Below, in pieces: positions 1 to 8,982 of a stretch of DNA of 64,000 bases. The position numbers were made by a program, and so were the translations under genes. Under the pieces are notes generated by a model. The model worked only from the letters and a program-made list of their open reading frames with translations, searched no databases and was not told where the DNA came from. How positions within the stretch are numbered: the first letter of the stretch is position 1; every line of letters starts with the position of its first letter. The stretch lies in sequence record NC_041974.1, one strand, 5' to 3'.

Positions 1-594
1 GCGATCGCCTTGATGTATGGACTGGTGAGTAATAAGAAGGTCAAGACCAAAGGCTTCGGCGGGACGTATAACCACGTCAAGTTTGAGCAGAGCATCATGA
101 AAGACAAGCAGCTGTTGAAGACGTACCTTACGCTCATCAACAAGGTGTTCTCCTTCTTCTTTATTAAAGTGAAGGAACCCGAACAACGCTGCCTCATTTA
201 TTGTGCCACGGTCGAGATGTGTTTGTACGTGACGGATTATCTGAGCAGTATTCATGATACCCTGATCGTGCGTAAGTATACCCAGGAAGACCCGAAAGAA
301 TCGTTGTATGAATCTGACGTGAGTGTTTCGACACTGAAGTCAGCCGGTACCGGTGTGGATATCCCAGGACTCCGCACTTGCATCATGACGATCGCGATTG
401 GGTCACGGCAAGCCAGTGATCAGGCATTGGGACGACTGCGGCGGTTGAAAGACTACCCGGACACCATCCCGACGTTTGTTTACTTCGCCTGCACGGGTAT
501 CGAAGCACACATGAAATACCACAGCAAGAAACTCGAACTCTTCCCAGTGAAGACGTTGAGTCTGCGTGAGGTGAACAGCGGCTTCTCGTTATAA
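1..594 (+). CDS. SF2 (DEAD/DEAH-like) helicase, C-terminal part; 5'-truncated by window edge (phiKZ gp75-like)
   Basis: Frame open from base 1; helicase-C motifs STLKSAGTGVDIPGL (motif V) and QALGRLRR (motif VI). Confidence 0.85.
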   Translation, partial: AIALMYGLVSNKKVKTKGFGGTYNHVKFEQSIMKDKQLLKTYLTLINKVFSFFFIKVKEPEQRCLIYCATVEMCLYVTDYLSSIHDTLIVRKYTQEDPKESLYESDVSVSTLKSAGTGVDIPGLRTCIMTIAIGSRQASDQALGRLRRLKDYPDTIPTFVYFACTGIEAHMKYHSKKLELFPVKTLSLREVNSGFSL

Positions 595-606
595 ACTGAC
601 TGTGTA

Positions 607-641
607 AAAGACCAGGGGGATTACTCCTTGGTCTTTTATGC
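607..641 (+). terminator. Hairpin terminator after helicase
   Basis: AAAGACCAGGGG-gatta-CTCCTTGGTCTTT, followed by TATGC and a T-rich run. Confidence 0.7.
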
Positions 642-678
642 TTTCTTTCCTTTTCTTTTTGTTAAGGATACACAGCTT

Positions 679-1005
679 ATGAATGGTAACCGGCCAGTAA
701 TGGTGATTGGCAGCATGGGGTTGAGTCCTGCATTGATTGAGCGCTTACGACAGTTAGACGACCTGGAGATCAAGTTGGTGGCCGATGTGGCAATCAGTGA
801 TATCCTGGAGTTTGAACCGGGTTATGCTCGCGGCTTGGTTCAGGCGATTCAGCATCAGCAACAACGTGAGTGGAATCCCTTCCGGGAAAGCTACTGGGAT
901 AACTTCATTACCCTGCGACGTAAAGAAGTCAACGGACATACCCGCATTCCTCCCAAGAAAGCCACCTGCAGCTCCCGTCGTAAGGGACGGAGGTTCAAGG
1001 GATGA
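679..1005 (+). CDS. Hypothetical protein with basic C-terminal tail
   Basis: RBS AAGGA before ATG 679 (preferred over TTG 628); ends SSRRKGRRFKG; ATGA overlap with next gene. Confidence 0.7.
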   Translation: MNGNRPVMVIGSMGLSPALIERLRQLDDLEIKLVADVAISDILEFEPGYARGLVQAIQHQQQREWNPFRESYWDNFITLRRKEVNGHTRIPPKKATCSSRRKGRRFKG

Positions 1006-1325
1006 GCGAGATCGATTATCGTGCATTGAAGTATTGTGTCACCAAGGTTAGTCGGCGTATCCGCGACGGGGATTCCCGTAACGCGTCACGTTGCCTCTTC
1101 CAGTATGTTGAGACGCATGCCGCATTACAAGACATGGCCGCCATTGATCGTCTTTTAGCACAGTGCCGAGAAAATAAGGTACCCCTAAAAGAGATCAACA
1201 AAGTCTCGTTACTGCGTGCATGCTCATGTTTACGCCCCCACCTTACAGAGTATCAGTCGTGTATGGACCTGTGGCGCCAGGACATTAAAGCGGCGGGTAT
1301 GGAAAACTTATTAATAGGATTGTGA
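1002..1325 (+). CDS. Hypothetical protein
   Basis: 107-aa ORF, 4-nt overlap with upstream stop, RBS GGAGG upstream. Confidence 0.7.
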   Translation: MSEIDYRALKYCVTKVSRRIRDGDSRNASRCLFQYVETHAALQDMAAIDRLLAQCRENKVPLKEINKVSLLRACSCLRPHLTEYQSCMDLWRQDIKAAGMENLLIGL

Positions 1326-1326
1326 C

Positions 1327-1689
1327 ATGTCTGATTATTGTGCGGATATCTTTAAAGCGATCAGTTGCAAAACCCCCACCAAAGGCAGTGAACTTTACAT
1401 CGATGATTTCGGTGATCTGTGGATGTTGATTCCCAAGCTTAACCGCTTCGGTGAACAGTCAGTGTTTCGTCAGTATGCCGGTAACCTTGCGTTGATGGCT
1501 GACCGCGGGCAGATGTATCAGGGTCAGTTATATGTGTGTGAGTTGATCCCGGGATATCACTTGGTGTTAACCAACCAAGCCGTGATGGTCAACCAATACA
1601 GCCTGGTGCAGTATGTGAAGACCCGTGCTGCGAAAGTGGAAGCGCGCTACCGTAAGAAACCCAAGCCGATGAGCCGAGCTTACGCGTAA
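1327..1689 (+). CDS. Hypothetical protein
   Basis: 120-aa ORF abutting previous stop; RBS AGGA. Confidence 0.7.
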   Translation: MSDYCADIFKAISCKTPTKGSELYIDDFGDLWMLIPKLNRFGEQSVFRQYAGNLALMADRGQMYQGQLYVCELIPGYHLVLTNQAVMVNQYSLVQYVKTRAAKVEARYRKKPKPMSRAYA

Positions 1690-1719
1690 GCAACCTGACT
1701 GACAAGAAAGGATAGACCT

Positions 1720-2229
1720 ATGTTCGAATGGTTCTCTGTGTTATTGATGAAGTGGCAGACCCGAAAGGAAAAGAAACACAACAGGACAGTGCGGGTAGAA
1801 CCGGTGGTGTTTGAACCGCAACTCAAACCCACCCCGCAGCCGTTGAGTAACGCGTTAAAAGAAGAAGCGCAGCAGATTCGGGACACCCTGCTGTTTGAGT
1901 CGCCGTTGAATAAATCCCGACCGATCCCGACCAAACCCACCTTACGGGTAGTAAGACCCAGTACAAGCTCCTCACGCCCACACGGTAAGGCGAACGATGA
2001 CAGCATGCTAACACATGCCTTATTGATGCAGCAGGTGTTAGCAGACGATACAGCGGCGTCTGATCGTCATCATCGTACCCATACCCCTCAGGATAACCAC
2101 CGCCATGAAGACCGACCCTCGTACCATTCCACGCCCACTCATCATAGCAGCCCTAGTAGTAGTCGCGATGATGATAACGGGAGTAATGATTACAGTAGCG
2201 GACCTAGTGACAGCGGTTCGTCTGATTAA
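1720..2229 (+). CDS. Hypothetical protein with His/Ser/Asp low-complexity C-terminus
   Basis: RBS AAGGA; C-terminus SSPSSSRDDDNGSNDYSSGPSDSGSSD. Confidence 0.7.
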   Translation: MFEWFSVLLMKWQTRKEKKHNRTVRVEPVVFEPQLKPTPQPLSNALKEEAQQIRDTLLFESPLNKSRPIPTKPTLRVVRPSTSSSRPHGKANDDSMLTHALLMQQVLADDTAASDRHHRTHTPQDNHRHEDRPSYHSTPTHHSSPSSSRDDDNGSNDYSSGPSDSGSSD

Positions 2230-2268
2230 CACCCTCGATTAACCTTACGTAATAAGGAACGCCTCACC

Positions 2269-3177
2269 ATGACAGATCCCCACCCCATTCTCGCCGCAGC
2301 CATCGGAGAGCCCCAGGATGACGATTGCTGGGATTTTCCGGGCGAGACTGTTGTTGGTCACGGTGACTTGATGTACACCAACGTCCATAAGCCTCAGGCG
2401 TTATGGAACGGTGTTATCCGGTCACTGCGAAAACGTTTCCTTACTGAGCCATCAATTAACCAAAAGGATACTTGTATGACCGAGCAATACAAGCCATTAC
2501 CTGACACCGGGTACCAAAACCCTTTCTGCGAGCCCGATGCTCTCAACACAAACGACCGGATTTATCCCCGCAAGAGTCTGGTGGCCTTACTGGAGAAATT
2601 CCCCTCCGATAATTTTCGTGGAACACCCGCAGTTCGCTATCCTTTTATGCGCCGTCTGGCGGTGTTGTTTAAGATAGCGTTCTTACAGACCAGCCTTGAC
2701 CAGAAAGCTTTATCCTTGAATACACGCCAGACCGGTAAGCCACGGATCACGCAACATTCATTAACCAGTATCTGTAATTTAATGCACCAGCTGCATTATG
2801 AGCTCAGAGAGCTTCAGTATCAGAACCCCAATCCGATTGACCTGACCCGTTACCTGAAACTTTTAACCGGTAAGGATGTCTGGGAGAAGCCGGCTGTGGC
2901 TGCGTGGGCTAGTGAATTTACCGAGCTCTATTTTCATAGACATCAAGCAGGTGTTGGTAAGTCAATGTTCTACAACATGCTACCAAAAATCAAACTGCAC
3001 CTGGCGGGTATTCATGCGACGTTCGGTGGTCGGCCGTGGATCTATGAGAGTAATTGCAGGGGTCCTGCTGGCTTCTGGCCTGCCACGATTGAATACGGCA
3101 TGGCGCATAATGGACCGGCCATCACTGCTCAGTTAAATCGCGAGCGTCTGGTGAAACCTAAGAAAGGAAAAGCATAA
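2269..3177 (+). CDS. Hypothetical protein (second in-frame start with RBS at 2476)
   Basis: 302-aa ORF, RBS TAAGGA; TAATG overlap with next gene. Confidence 0.75.
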   Translation: MTDPHPILAAAIGEPQDDDCWDFPGETVVGHGDLMYTNVHKPQALWNGVIRSLRKRFLTEPSINQKDTCMTEQYKPLPDTGYQNPFCEPDALNTNDRIYPRKSLVALLEKFPSDNFRGTPAVRYPFMRRLAVLFKIAFLQTSLDQKALSLNTRQTGKPRITQHSLTSICNLMHQLHYELRELQYQNPNPIDLTRYLKLLTGKDVWEKPAVAAWASEFTELYFHRHQAGVGKSMFYNMLPKIKLHLAGIHATFGGRPWIYESNCRGPAGFWPATIEYGMAHNGPAITAQLNRERLVKPKKGKA

Positions 3178-4316
3178 TGGCACTGGATCAAGAGTATTAT
3201 GAAAAGGCATTGGGCATCCTACTGACCAAAGGTTTCTCTAACCAAGAAGCTGACCAGATCGCCACCACGCTTTCGGTATATCTCCCGATGCGTTTCATCA
3301 AAGCTGGTGTATGGGCACTCATGCCTTACGACCAGCATCCGGCTGATTCCCTGGCATTTAAACACATGCGGCTACTTGACCGTATCCCTGAGTTAAAGAA
3401 ACCAGTGATCCTTCAAATGCCGACTGACTTTACTTACACCACGTATGGTCAGGAGTATTGCCCTGGTGCTGACGCACCGACATACACCACAGGGCCCGAT
3501 GGTTATACACATCATCCGGTTGGTTGGGAAAGTGGGATTACTGGCATGCCAGGCGTAATGGGTCCGGCTGGGGATGACAATATTGAAGTCAGTGATCTGA
3601 CCTGTGATCGCCCCCAAAGCGATTTTAGACTATCGTTACCTGCCGAATCAATGGTTAGACAGTTTACCGTCGTCATGCGGGTTGGTGGTAAACCTATTAA
3701 AATGACGCTGGAAGAACTCATCCAGGAAATTGGAGGTTATGACAAACTTCCTGCTTCTGCACGTGCTGCGATTGATCGTGTTATGGAAGAGCATCGCAAT
3801 GCCCCTGTATCTACCGTATCTGTGCGTACACCCTTACCAGGCGGAGTATCTCAGGAGCAAGCTGACTATCTGAAACTGGGCGACCTCAGCGACATCGAAG
3901 GGATCAAACGGGCTTACCCGATCATCGACGAGAAAACAGCTGAACGGATGTCTAAGTTACATTGTCAGCTTAATCAGCATATCGCGCGGGTTCATCGTGA
4001 GCCGAGAGACGTTGAGGTATTTGATCTGCTTGCGGGCGATCACTCTCAGCGGATATTCCAATCTCGACATGCTAAACGTCAGTACCCAAACAGTTTGTTT
4101 GAGAAGTTCCTGCCGGATCAAGCAGACATCGGTGAACCCGAGGGCATGACTGTTAAAATCAAAACCCACAGTGTACGTCACTTCGGTCACGGTCTTGAAA
4201 TTAGCACGCCTTTGTTTGGCCAATCCCACAAAAACCCTACAGGCCCCCAAACCATGCCGGGGCTTGAGAAAGGCCGTGATGGCAAACGTAAACGTAACAA
4301 GAAGGGCAAACGATGA
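3177..4316 (+). CDS. Hypothetical protein with Lys/Arg-rich C-terminus
   Basis: 379-aa ORF, translationally coupled; ends GKRKRNKKGKR. Confidence 0.8.
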   Translation: MALDQEYYEKALGILLTKGFSNQEADQIATTLSVYLPMRFIKAGVWALMPYDQHPADSLAFKHMRLLDRIPELKKPVILQMPTDFTYTTYGQEYCPGADAPTYTTGPDGYTHHPVGWESGITGMPGVMGPAGDDNIEVSDLTCDRPQSDFRLSLPAESMVRQFTVVMRVGGKPIKMTLEELIQEIGGYDKLPASARAAIDRVMEEHRNAPVSTVSVRTPLPGGVSQEQADYLKLGDLSDIEGIKRAYPIIDEKTAERMSKLHCQLNQHIARVHREPRDVEVFDLLAGDHSQRIFQSRHAKRQYPNSLFEKFLPDQADIGEPEGMTVKIKTHSVRHFGHGLEISTPLFGQSHKNPTGPQTMPGLEKGRDGKRKRNKKGKR

Positions 4317-5086
4317 TCGATCGCAGTTTTGAAGGTGGCTGGGAGTCTATACTGCAATGGCATGGGTTTGCTGATCGTGCTAAACAGGGGCTGTCTGAGC
4401 ACTTTGTTATCGTGGATTACGGAACCCTGGCAGAGGCCGCCGCTTTTGAGCAATTGACGGCGTTGGCGGAGAAAGTGAAGTATGTCTCAGTCGAGCGAGT
4501 TAAAGCCGTTGACTTTACCCCGACGCTTGTACGTACGCTACATGAACGTGAACATGGCTGGCATTACTGTCATGTCATGGGGCGATGTGGTTACGGCGGT
4601 CATGGGATAATGATCGGCGCTAATGGCGGCTGGACAGGCGCACACGGCGGTGCAGGTGATGCAGGCCCGCCCTCAACACCTGATGATGGCTCGATACTAT
4701 ACCAGACAGATTACAGTAGTCCCGGAATCCAGGGCCGAGGATTTACTACGCTGCAAGACATGATGGAAAACGCCAGCCCTTACGATTACCCTCGGGAGAT
4801 TCGTATAGTAGGGGATCGGCATGACCCGGATATCAAAGCGTTAACGCAGGTAGTGATAAAGCTTGTTGGGCGTCGAGCTATCAAAGTAGTTAGCATACCG
4901 CATGCCGACATGATGTATAGACCCGGCCCGCACCGAACGTATAACCTCGCGCCGGAGAAATACCGGGAGCGATTTGACATTGCTTATAAACAAGCATTAG
5001 AAAATGTCAACAAGGCGGCTACCCTGCCGTATGCCCGTGGGCCATTGCAGTCTGTTCTGGCGACTCAACGCAAGAAACACTTTTAA
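4313..5086 (+). CDS. Hypothetical protein with central Gly/His-rich segment
   Basis: 257-aa ORF, ATGA overlap with previous stop. Confidence 0.75.
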   Translation: MIDRSFEGGWESILQWHGFADRAKQGLSEHFVIVDYGTLAEAAAFEQLTALAEKVKYVSVERVKAVDFTPTLVRTLHEREHGWHYCHVMGRCGYGGHGIMIGANGGWTGAHGGAGDAGPPSTPDDGSILYQTDYSSPGIQGRGFTTLQDMMENASPYDYPREIRIVGDRHDPDIKALTQVVIKLVGRRAIKVVSIPHADMMYRPGPHRTYNLAPEKYRERFDIAYKQALENVNKAATLPYARGPLQSVLATQRKKHF

Positions 5087-5113
5087 TCAGTTCCCCTCAA
5101 CAGGAGAGTAACC

Positions 5114-5419
5114 ATGTGTAACATGCGATCGGATTGGTTTGTAGAAGACGAACCGTCCATGAAGGAAAGTGATCCGCATTTCGACAATAAAGCAATGGAT
5201 GGCTTGATGGCAAAAATCCGTGACTTTGTTAAAGAGAGTGATGCGGCGACCTATGTCCCGCAAGCCCTGTTTGGCGAAGCCGGTAAAGTTAACCTGTCCA
5301 AAGTGGCAGCAGTAACCCGTCCGGTCGATCACCTCATTACCCTGAACCCAGTGGCCAATGACGGTGATGTGTATCTGGACTTCGCGCGAGGGAAGCGACG
5401 TGGATACAAACCCCACTGA
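5114..5419 (+). CDS. Hypothetical protein
   Basis: RBS AGGAG, 101 aa. Confidence 0.65.
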   Translation: MCNMRSDWFVEDEPSMKESDPHFDNKAMDGLMAKIRDFVKESDAATYVPQALFGEAGKVNLSKVAAVTRPVDHLITLNPVANDGDVYLDFARGKRRGYKPH

Positions 5420-5630
5420 AGTTAACATCGAGCAGGCCAATCGTTATGAGGGGTCTACCGATGATTTGGTCCAGCAAGCTAATGATCGTGGTTTTCTCCA
5501 GGGGTTTCGTATCACTTCTGGCGAGGACATCGATCCAAGCATTTGGACGCCTGAGAAGATCGAAAAGTTGAAAGCTGCACTTCGACATATTCGTGACTCA
5601 GAACAACGCATCAAAGGTAGCCAGGGGTAA
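5400..5630 (+). CDS. Small hypothetical protein (GTG start inferred)
   Basis: In frame with track ORF 5358..5630; GAGGG RBS before GTG 5400; stop inside terminator hairpin. Confidence 0.55.
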   Translation: MDTNPTEVNIEQANRYEGSTDDLVQQANDRGFLQGFRITSGEDIDPSIWTPEKIEKLKAALRHIRDSEQRIKGSQG

Positions 5631-5648
5631 CACCCTGGCTTTATGCCG
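5619..5648 (+). terminator. Hairpin followed by TTATGCCG motif
   Basis: AGCCAGGG-gtaaca-CCCTGGCT then TTATGCCG (5641-5648). Confidence 0.7.
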
Positions 5649-5668
5649 GTTTAACGAGGACGTGTAAC

Positions 5669-6124
5669 ATGGAATCGAGCGGTTTGATTACGCTGGCAAT
5701 GCTCTTTTTAACCTTCGTCATCGGGTTGTGTTGTTGGCTGACACGTTTTGTTCGCTATCACACCAACCGCTACACCGTTGACACCAAGAAGGCGTTAAAG
5801 CAATTTGCCTGCAAGCTTGAAAGAGTACTGGATGTCCCGCAGCCGTATTCGCTGGCACAAAGCGAAATGACAAGGCTGGATAATGAACTGAACGCTTCTC
5901 TCTTCCTCTTTGAAGAGATCACAGGGAAGATCCACGATGAAACCAGTCGACTGTACCTGGAGTCAAGTTTCATGGTGGTGCGCGGCACTCAACACGATAC
6001 CCCGATTCGTATCTGTGTGGCGAACACAATCTTCAGCCTGTCAACGACTAACCACAATCACCACAGCGTCATGAAGGTCATCAACGACTTTAATAACCGC
6101 TTGGCTAAAATTGTAGAAAGTTAA
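5669..6124 (+). CDS. Hypothetical membrane-anchored protein
   Basis: RBS GAGGA; N-terminal hydrophobic helix LITLAMLFLTFVIGLCCWL. Confidence 0.7.
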   Translation: MESSGLITLAMLFLTFVIGLCCWLTRFVRYHTNRYTVDTKKALKQFACKLERVLDVPQPYSLAQSEMTRLDNELNASLFLFEEITGKIHDETSRLYLESSFMVVRGTQHDTPIRICVANTIFSLSTTNHNHHSVMKVINDFNNRLAKIVES

Positions 6125-6137
6125 GCACAGAAAAACT

Positions 6138-6151
6138 CAGACCTATATCAC
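6138..6151 (+). promoter_or_regulatory. Putative phage early promoter (variant of [C/T]AGACCTACATTA[C/T])
   Basis: CAGACCTATATCAC, intergenic; resembles copies at 13829, 54043 and 63921. Confidence 0.45.
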
Positions 6152-6187
6152 GCCCGTGATAGACCCCTCAACCCCCATTAATCTTAA

Positions 6188-6640
6188 GTGAGTTCAATCA
6201 TGAAATACGTTTACGCTATTATCGCTGTTCTTGGTTTCTCTTTTGTGTCTGTTGCATTTGCTGCAGATCAAACCAAAGTGGTGAAAGGCTGGTACGCCGA
6301 ATACAACACGGCTTCGGTCCTGTATTCTGCTGGGCCAAAGAAAGGACAAGAATTGACCATGGAATGTGTATTAGGTGGTTGGACGTTTGCGTATGCAGAC
6401 AAGATGGGTGAGGAGATAAACTCGGTCGATGATGACATGACAATCCTGGTCGACGGTGCAGCATTTGCTGTGCCGAAGACGCAGGGTCAACGTGAGAAGT
6501 TATACGCCGCCATTCAGCATGCTAAGAGTGGCATTCAATACAAAACCCACGCCTATGGTGCGTCGGTAGTATTCCCAGTGGATGGCTTGGCCGAGATGTT
6601 TCGTGACCTGCCGTTTGAAGTCAGCCCGTGCATGAGCTAA
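6188..6640 (+). CDS. Secreted/periplasmic hypothetical protein
   Basis: Sec-type signal MKYVYAIIAVLGFSFVSVAFA|A (start may be ATG 6200). Confidence 0.75.
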   Translation: MSSIMKYVYAIIAVLGFSFVSVAFAADQTKVVKGWYAEYNTASVLYSAGPKKGQELTMECVLGGWTFAYADKMGEEINSVDDDMTILVDGAAFAVPKTQGQREKLYAAIQHAKSGIQYKTHAYGASVVFPVDGLAEMFRDLPFEVSPCMS

Positions 6641-6653
6641 AAGGAAAACAATT

Positions 6654-7364
6654 GTGATGACCCCTACCAAACAAATTAAACGCAGCTACCGTCTGATCAA
6701 AGTGACTGCCGATGTAACACGGGATAACTGGGTCGGGAAAGACATCGACTTCATTGTTCAGCCCAATAAAGACATGATCGATGACACCACACGTGGTGGA
6801 CCTAATCGCCTGCTCGCGACATACATCGTGCTGGGTAACCGTATTCCTGTAACCGTTAACAGCCATGCGACCATTACCCGGGAAGAAGGCTTGCAGGATC
6901 TGCAGGTTAGTATCGTCGATGGTCAGTCAAACTACATTGACATCAGTAATGTGCGTTACGTTGTGTCGTGTGAGTTAGAAGAGCACTTCACCTACGCCCC
7001 ACCAAAAAAGCGTTCGCTACTTGATCTTCTTGATCTCCTGGTTGGCGGGCCGATGGGTGACCCGGAGTGGATGTTCATTATTGATGAACAGCACAAGGTC
7101 TTTGTGGGTAAAGACGGCGATGTTAAAACGGACTATGTTTACTGTGGTTATCTGGTACAACAGGAAAGTGATCAGCCTGACCAATTACTAACGTTGGATT
7201 GGTTTGGTGTATTTGATGACAACTTTGGTAACGGGCACAAAATCGGTTTTGTCAGCGCCGAAGGTTACTTATTTGACAAACCCGAGACCCGGAAGAAAAC
7301 CTACGAAAAACTCACCGAGTTAGTTTACTTACTGCTGGCCAAAATTGAACCTGACTCCAAATAG
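6654..7364 (+). CDS. Hypothetical protein
   Basis: 236-aa ORF, RBS AAGGA. Confidence 0.75.
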   Translation: MMTPTKQIKRSYRLIKVTADVTRDNWVGKDIDFIVQPNKDMIDDTTRGGPNRLLATYIVLGNRIPVTVNSHATITREEGLQDLQVSIVDGQSNYIDISNVRYVVSCELEEHFTYAPPKKRSLLDLLDLLVGGPMGDPEWMFIIDEQHKVFVGKDGDVKTDYVYCGYLVQQESDQPDQLLTLDWFGVFDDNFGNGHKIGFVSAEGYLFDKPETRKKTYEKLTELVYLLLAKIEPDSK

Positions 7365-7387
7365 CTAGTTGCACAGATCTAAACTAC

Positions 7388-7420
7388 AGGCAGGGGGAAT
7401 ACTCTCTGCCTTTATTTTTT
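7388..7420 (+). terminator. Rho-independent terminator
   Basis: AGGCAGGGGG-aata-CTCTCTGCCT then TTATTTTTT. Confidence 0.7.
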
Positions 7421-7494
7421 GTGGTATTCTGCCACAGAAAACTACTGGCCATACTACCAGTGGTATTCACTCAATAGACTGCGAGGAATAAACG

Positions 7495-8052
7495 ATGTTT
7501 GATAAAATTGAAGGATTGGCTGATGTGATCGAGCTGAAGTACGGCTTGCTTGATATCACCTATCACCGTGGTAACGACAAAGACCTCTATGTCGATGTCT
7601 TTTATAAAGCCACCCGCTTGTCAAGCCGGCGTGATCTAACCGATGCCCTGGACTACGCTTATATCGGTGTGCGGTTGTGTAACCCTCAGTTCGGTGCCTG
7701 GTGTTATGGTGCTGAGCGTGAGTTGGTCATGTCGCATTTAATGGACGCATTGAGAATGGTGGGTAAGCCTGCACCCAGGGCGGTTGAAGACTCACGGTTA
7801 AAGACAGGGATTCATCGTACCATTCAGCTGCTTGCCGAGAACGGTAACCTGCATCCGAAAGAAGATGATATCCGCATCACGATCCATCGTGCGGCGCGAG
7901 TGGACTACGGTTCAACAGATACCATCGAAACAACCATCAGCATGACCAACCACGATATTACTATTAGTAAGCGACGGATTGAGTGTGTTAGTGGTGAGAT
8001 GCGGGATTTACAAGCATGGGCGCGTAAGTTATATGCGAGACACTTTGAATAA
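7495..8052 (+). CDS. Hypothetical protein
   Basis: 185-aa ORF, RBS GAGGA. Confidence 0.75.
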   Translation: MFDKIEGLADVIELKYGLLDITYHRGNDKDLYVDVFYKATRLSSRRDLTDALDYAYIGVRLCNPQFGAWCYGAERELVMSHLMDALRMVGKPAPRAVEDSRLKTGIHRTIQLLAENGNLHPKEDDIRITIHRAARVDYGSTDTIETTISMTNHDITISKRRIECVSGEMRDLQAWARKLYARHFE

Positions 8053-8062
8053 CGAGGTAGCT

Positions 8063-8464
8063 ATGGGTAGTGCGTACTGTAAGGTTGTGGCAATCCACAG
8101 CATCTATGTACACAGTGCAGCGATGGAAGCGGTATCCGCTAAATACAGGAGCTGTTTTCGTTTGGCGTATAACTTCGTGAATGCTACGCAGTTAGCCCAA
8201 CAGCTACGGCTTGCCGTGAAGAACAGCGAAATCCTGATTGTTGATACCAGCGACTTTACTCGCCGGGCACTTAACAATCTTAATGAGCAGTTCTACTGCA
8301 TCTATCCGGGTGAGGAACAACATTCCGATATGTCAATCAAGCATCAGCGTAACTGTCGCATGACGCCTGACTGTATTCATATCGAAATTCAAAACCTCAG
8401 CGACTTTGAGCGCTTAAACTGGGAAATTCGACCCGATGCAGGGTTAAGGATATCACGCCGTTAG
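8063..8464 (+). CDS. Hypothetical protein
   Basis: RBS GAGGT before ATG 8063 (preferred over 7979). Confidence 0.7.
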   Translation: MGSAYCKVVAIHSIYVHSAAMEAVSAKYRSCFRLAYNFVNATQLAQQLRLAVKNSEILIVDTSDFTRRALNNLNEQFYCIYPGEEQHSDMSIKHQRNCRMTPDCIHIEIQNLSDFERLNWEIRPDAGLRISRR

Positions 8465-8466
8465 AA

Positions 8467-8518
8467 CGGCATATAGGCCCTCCATTACGGAGGGCCTTTT
8501 ATGACATCTTTTTTTTTT
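8467..8518. terminator. Bidirectional terminator between convergent genes
   Basis: CGGCATA + AGGCCCTCC-attac-GGAGGGCCT + TTTATG and T10 run. Confidence 0.75.
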
Positions 8519-8529
8519 GGTTTACAGCG

Positions 8530-8976
8530 TTATACCAGGCGCTGAGTTAGCTGCGAACTATATTGAATAGCGTGATAGGTCGCAGGTTTCTCAAGCTGCT
8601 CGGTGCAGCGGTAGACCGGGGTCTTCATAAAAGGACAACCGGCATTCATTAATGCCTCACGGTTGCTGGGCGACTCATCCACGCGAATCACCACATCCGT
8701 GGACTGGAAGCCAAAGACTTCCCGCTTCGTTGCAGTATATTCTGCATCCAGCACCACGATCTTACGGTTGATCACCAGCTTCACGGCCACCGGGTATTTG
8801 ATTACCAGGTCTGACCCTAAGCCCGCCAAGACAAACTTAATGACAAACTTCTTAAGTCCATTTAGCAACTGACTCTCACTGGCCCAACTTTTAACAATCT
8901 GCAGCATGTGTGTATTTCCACTCATATAAGGGGAAGTTAAGAAAAGCAACCTGAGGGTCCGTCCGTGATCCCTCAT
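8530..8976 (-). CDS. Hypothetical protein
   Basis: 148-aa ORF downstream of chaperone pair; exact start uncertain. Confidence 0.6.
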   Translation of the reverse strand: MRDHGRTLRLLFLTSPYMSGNTHMLQIVKSWASESQLLNGLKKFVIKFVLAGLGSDLVIKYPVAVKLVINRKIVVLDAEYTATKREVFGFQSTDVVIRVDESPSNREALMNAGCPFMKTPVYRCTEQLEKPATYHAIQYSSQLTQRLV

Positions 8977-8982
8977 AATGTA

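Noticed and set aside
7374-7387. CAGATCTAAACTAC as a fifth early promoter
   Set aside because: Three mismatches to the consensus, and it lies upstream of a terminator
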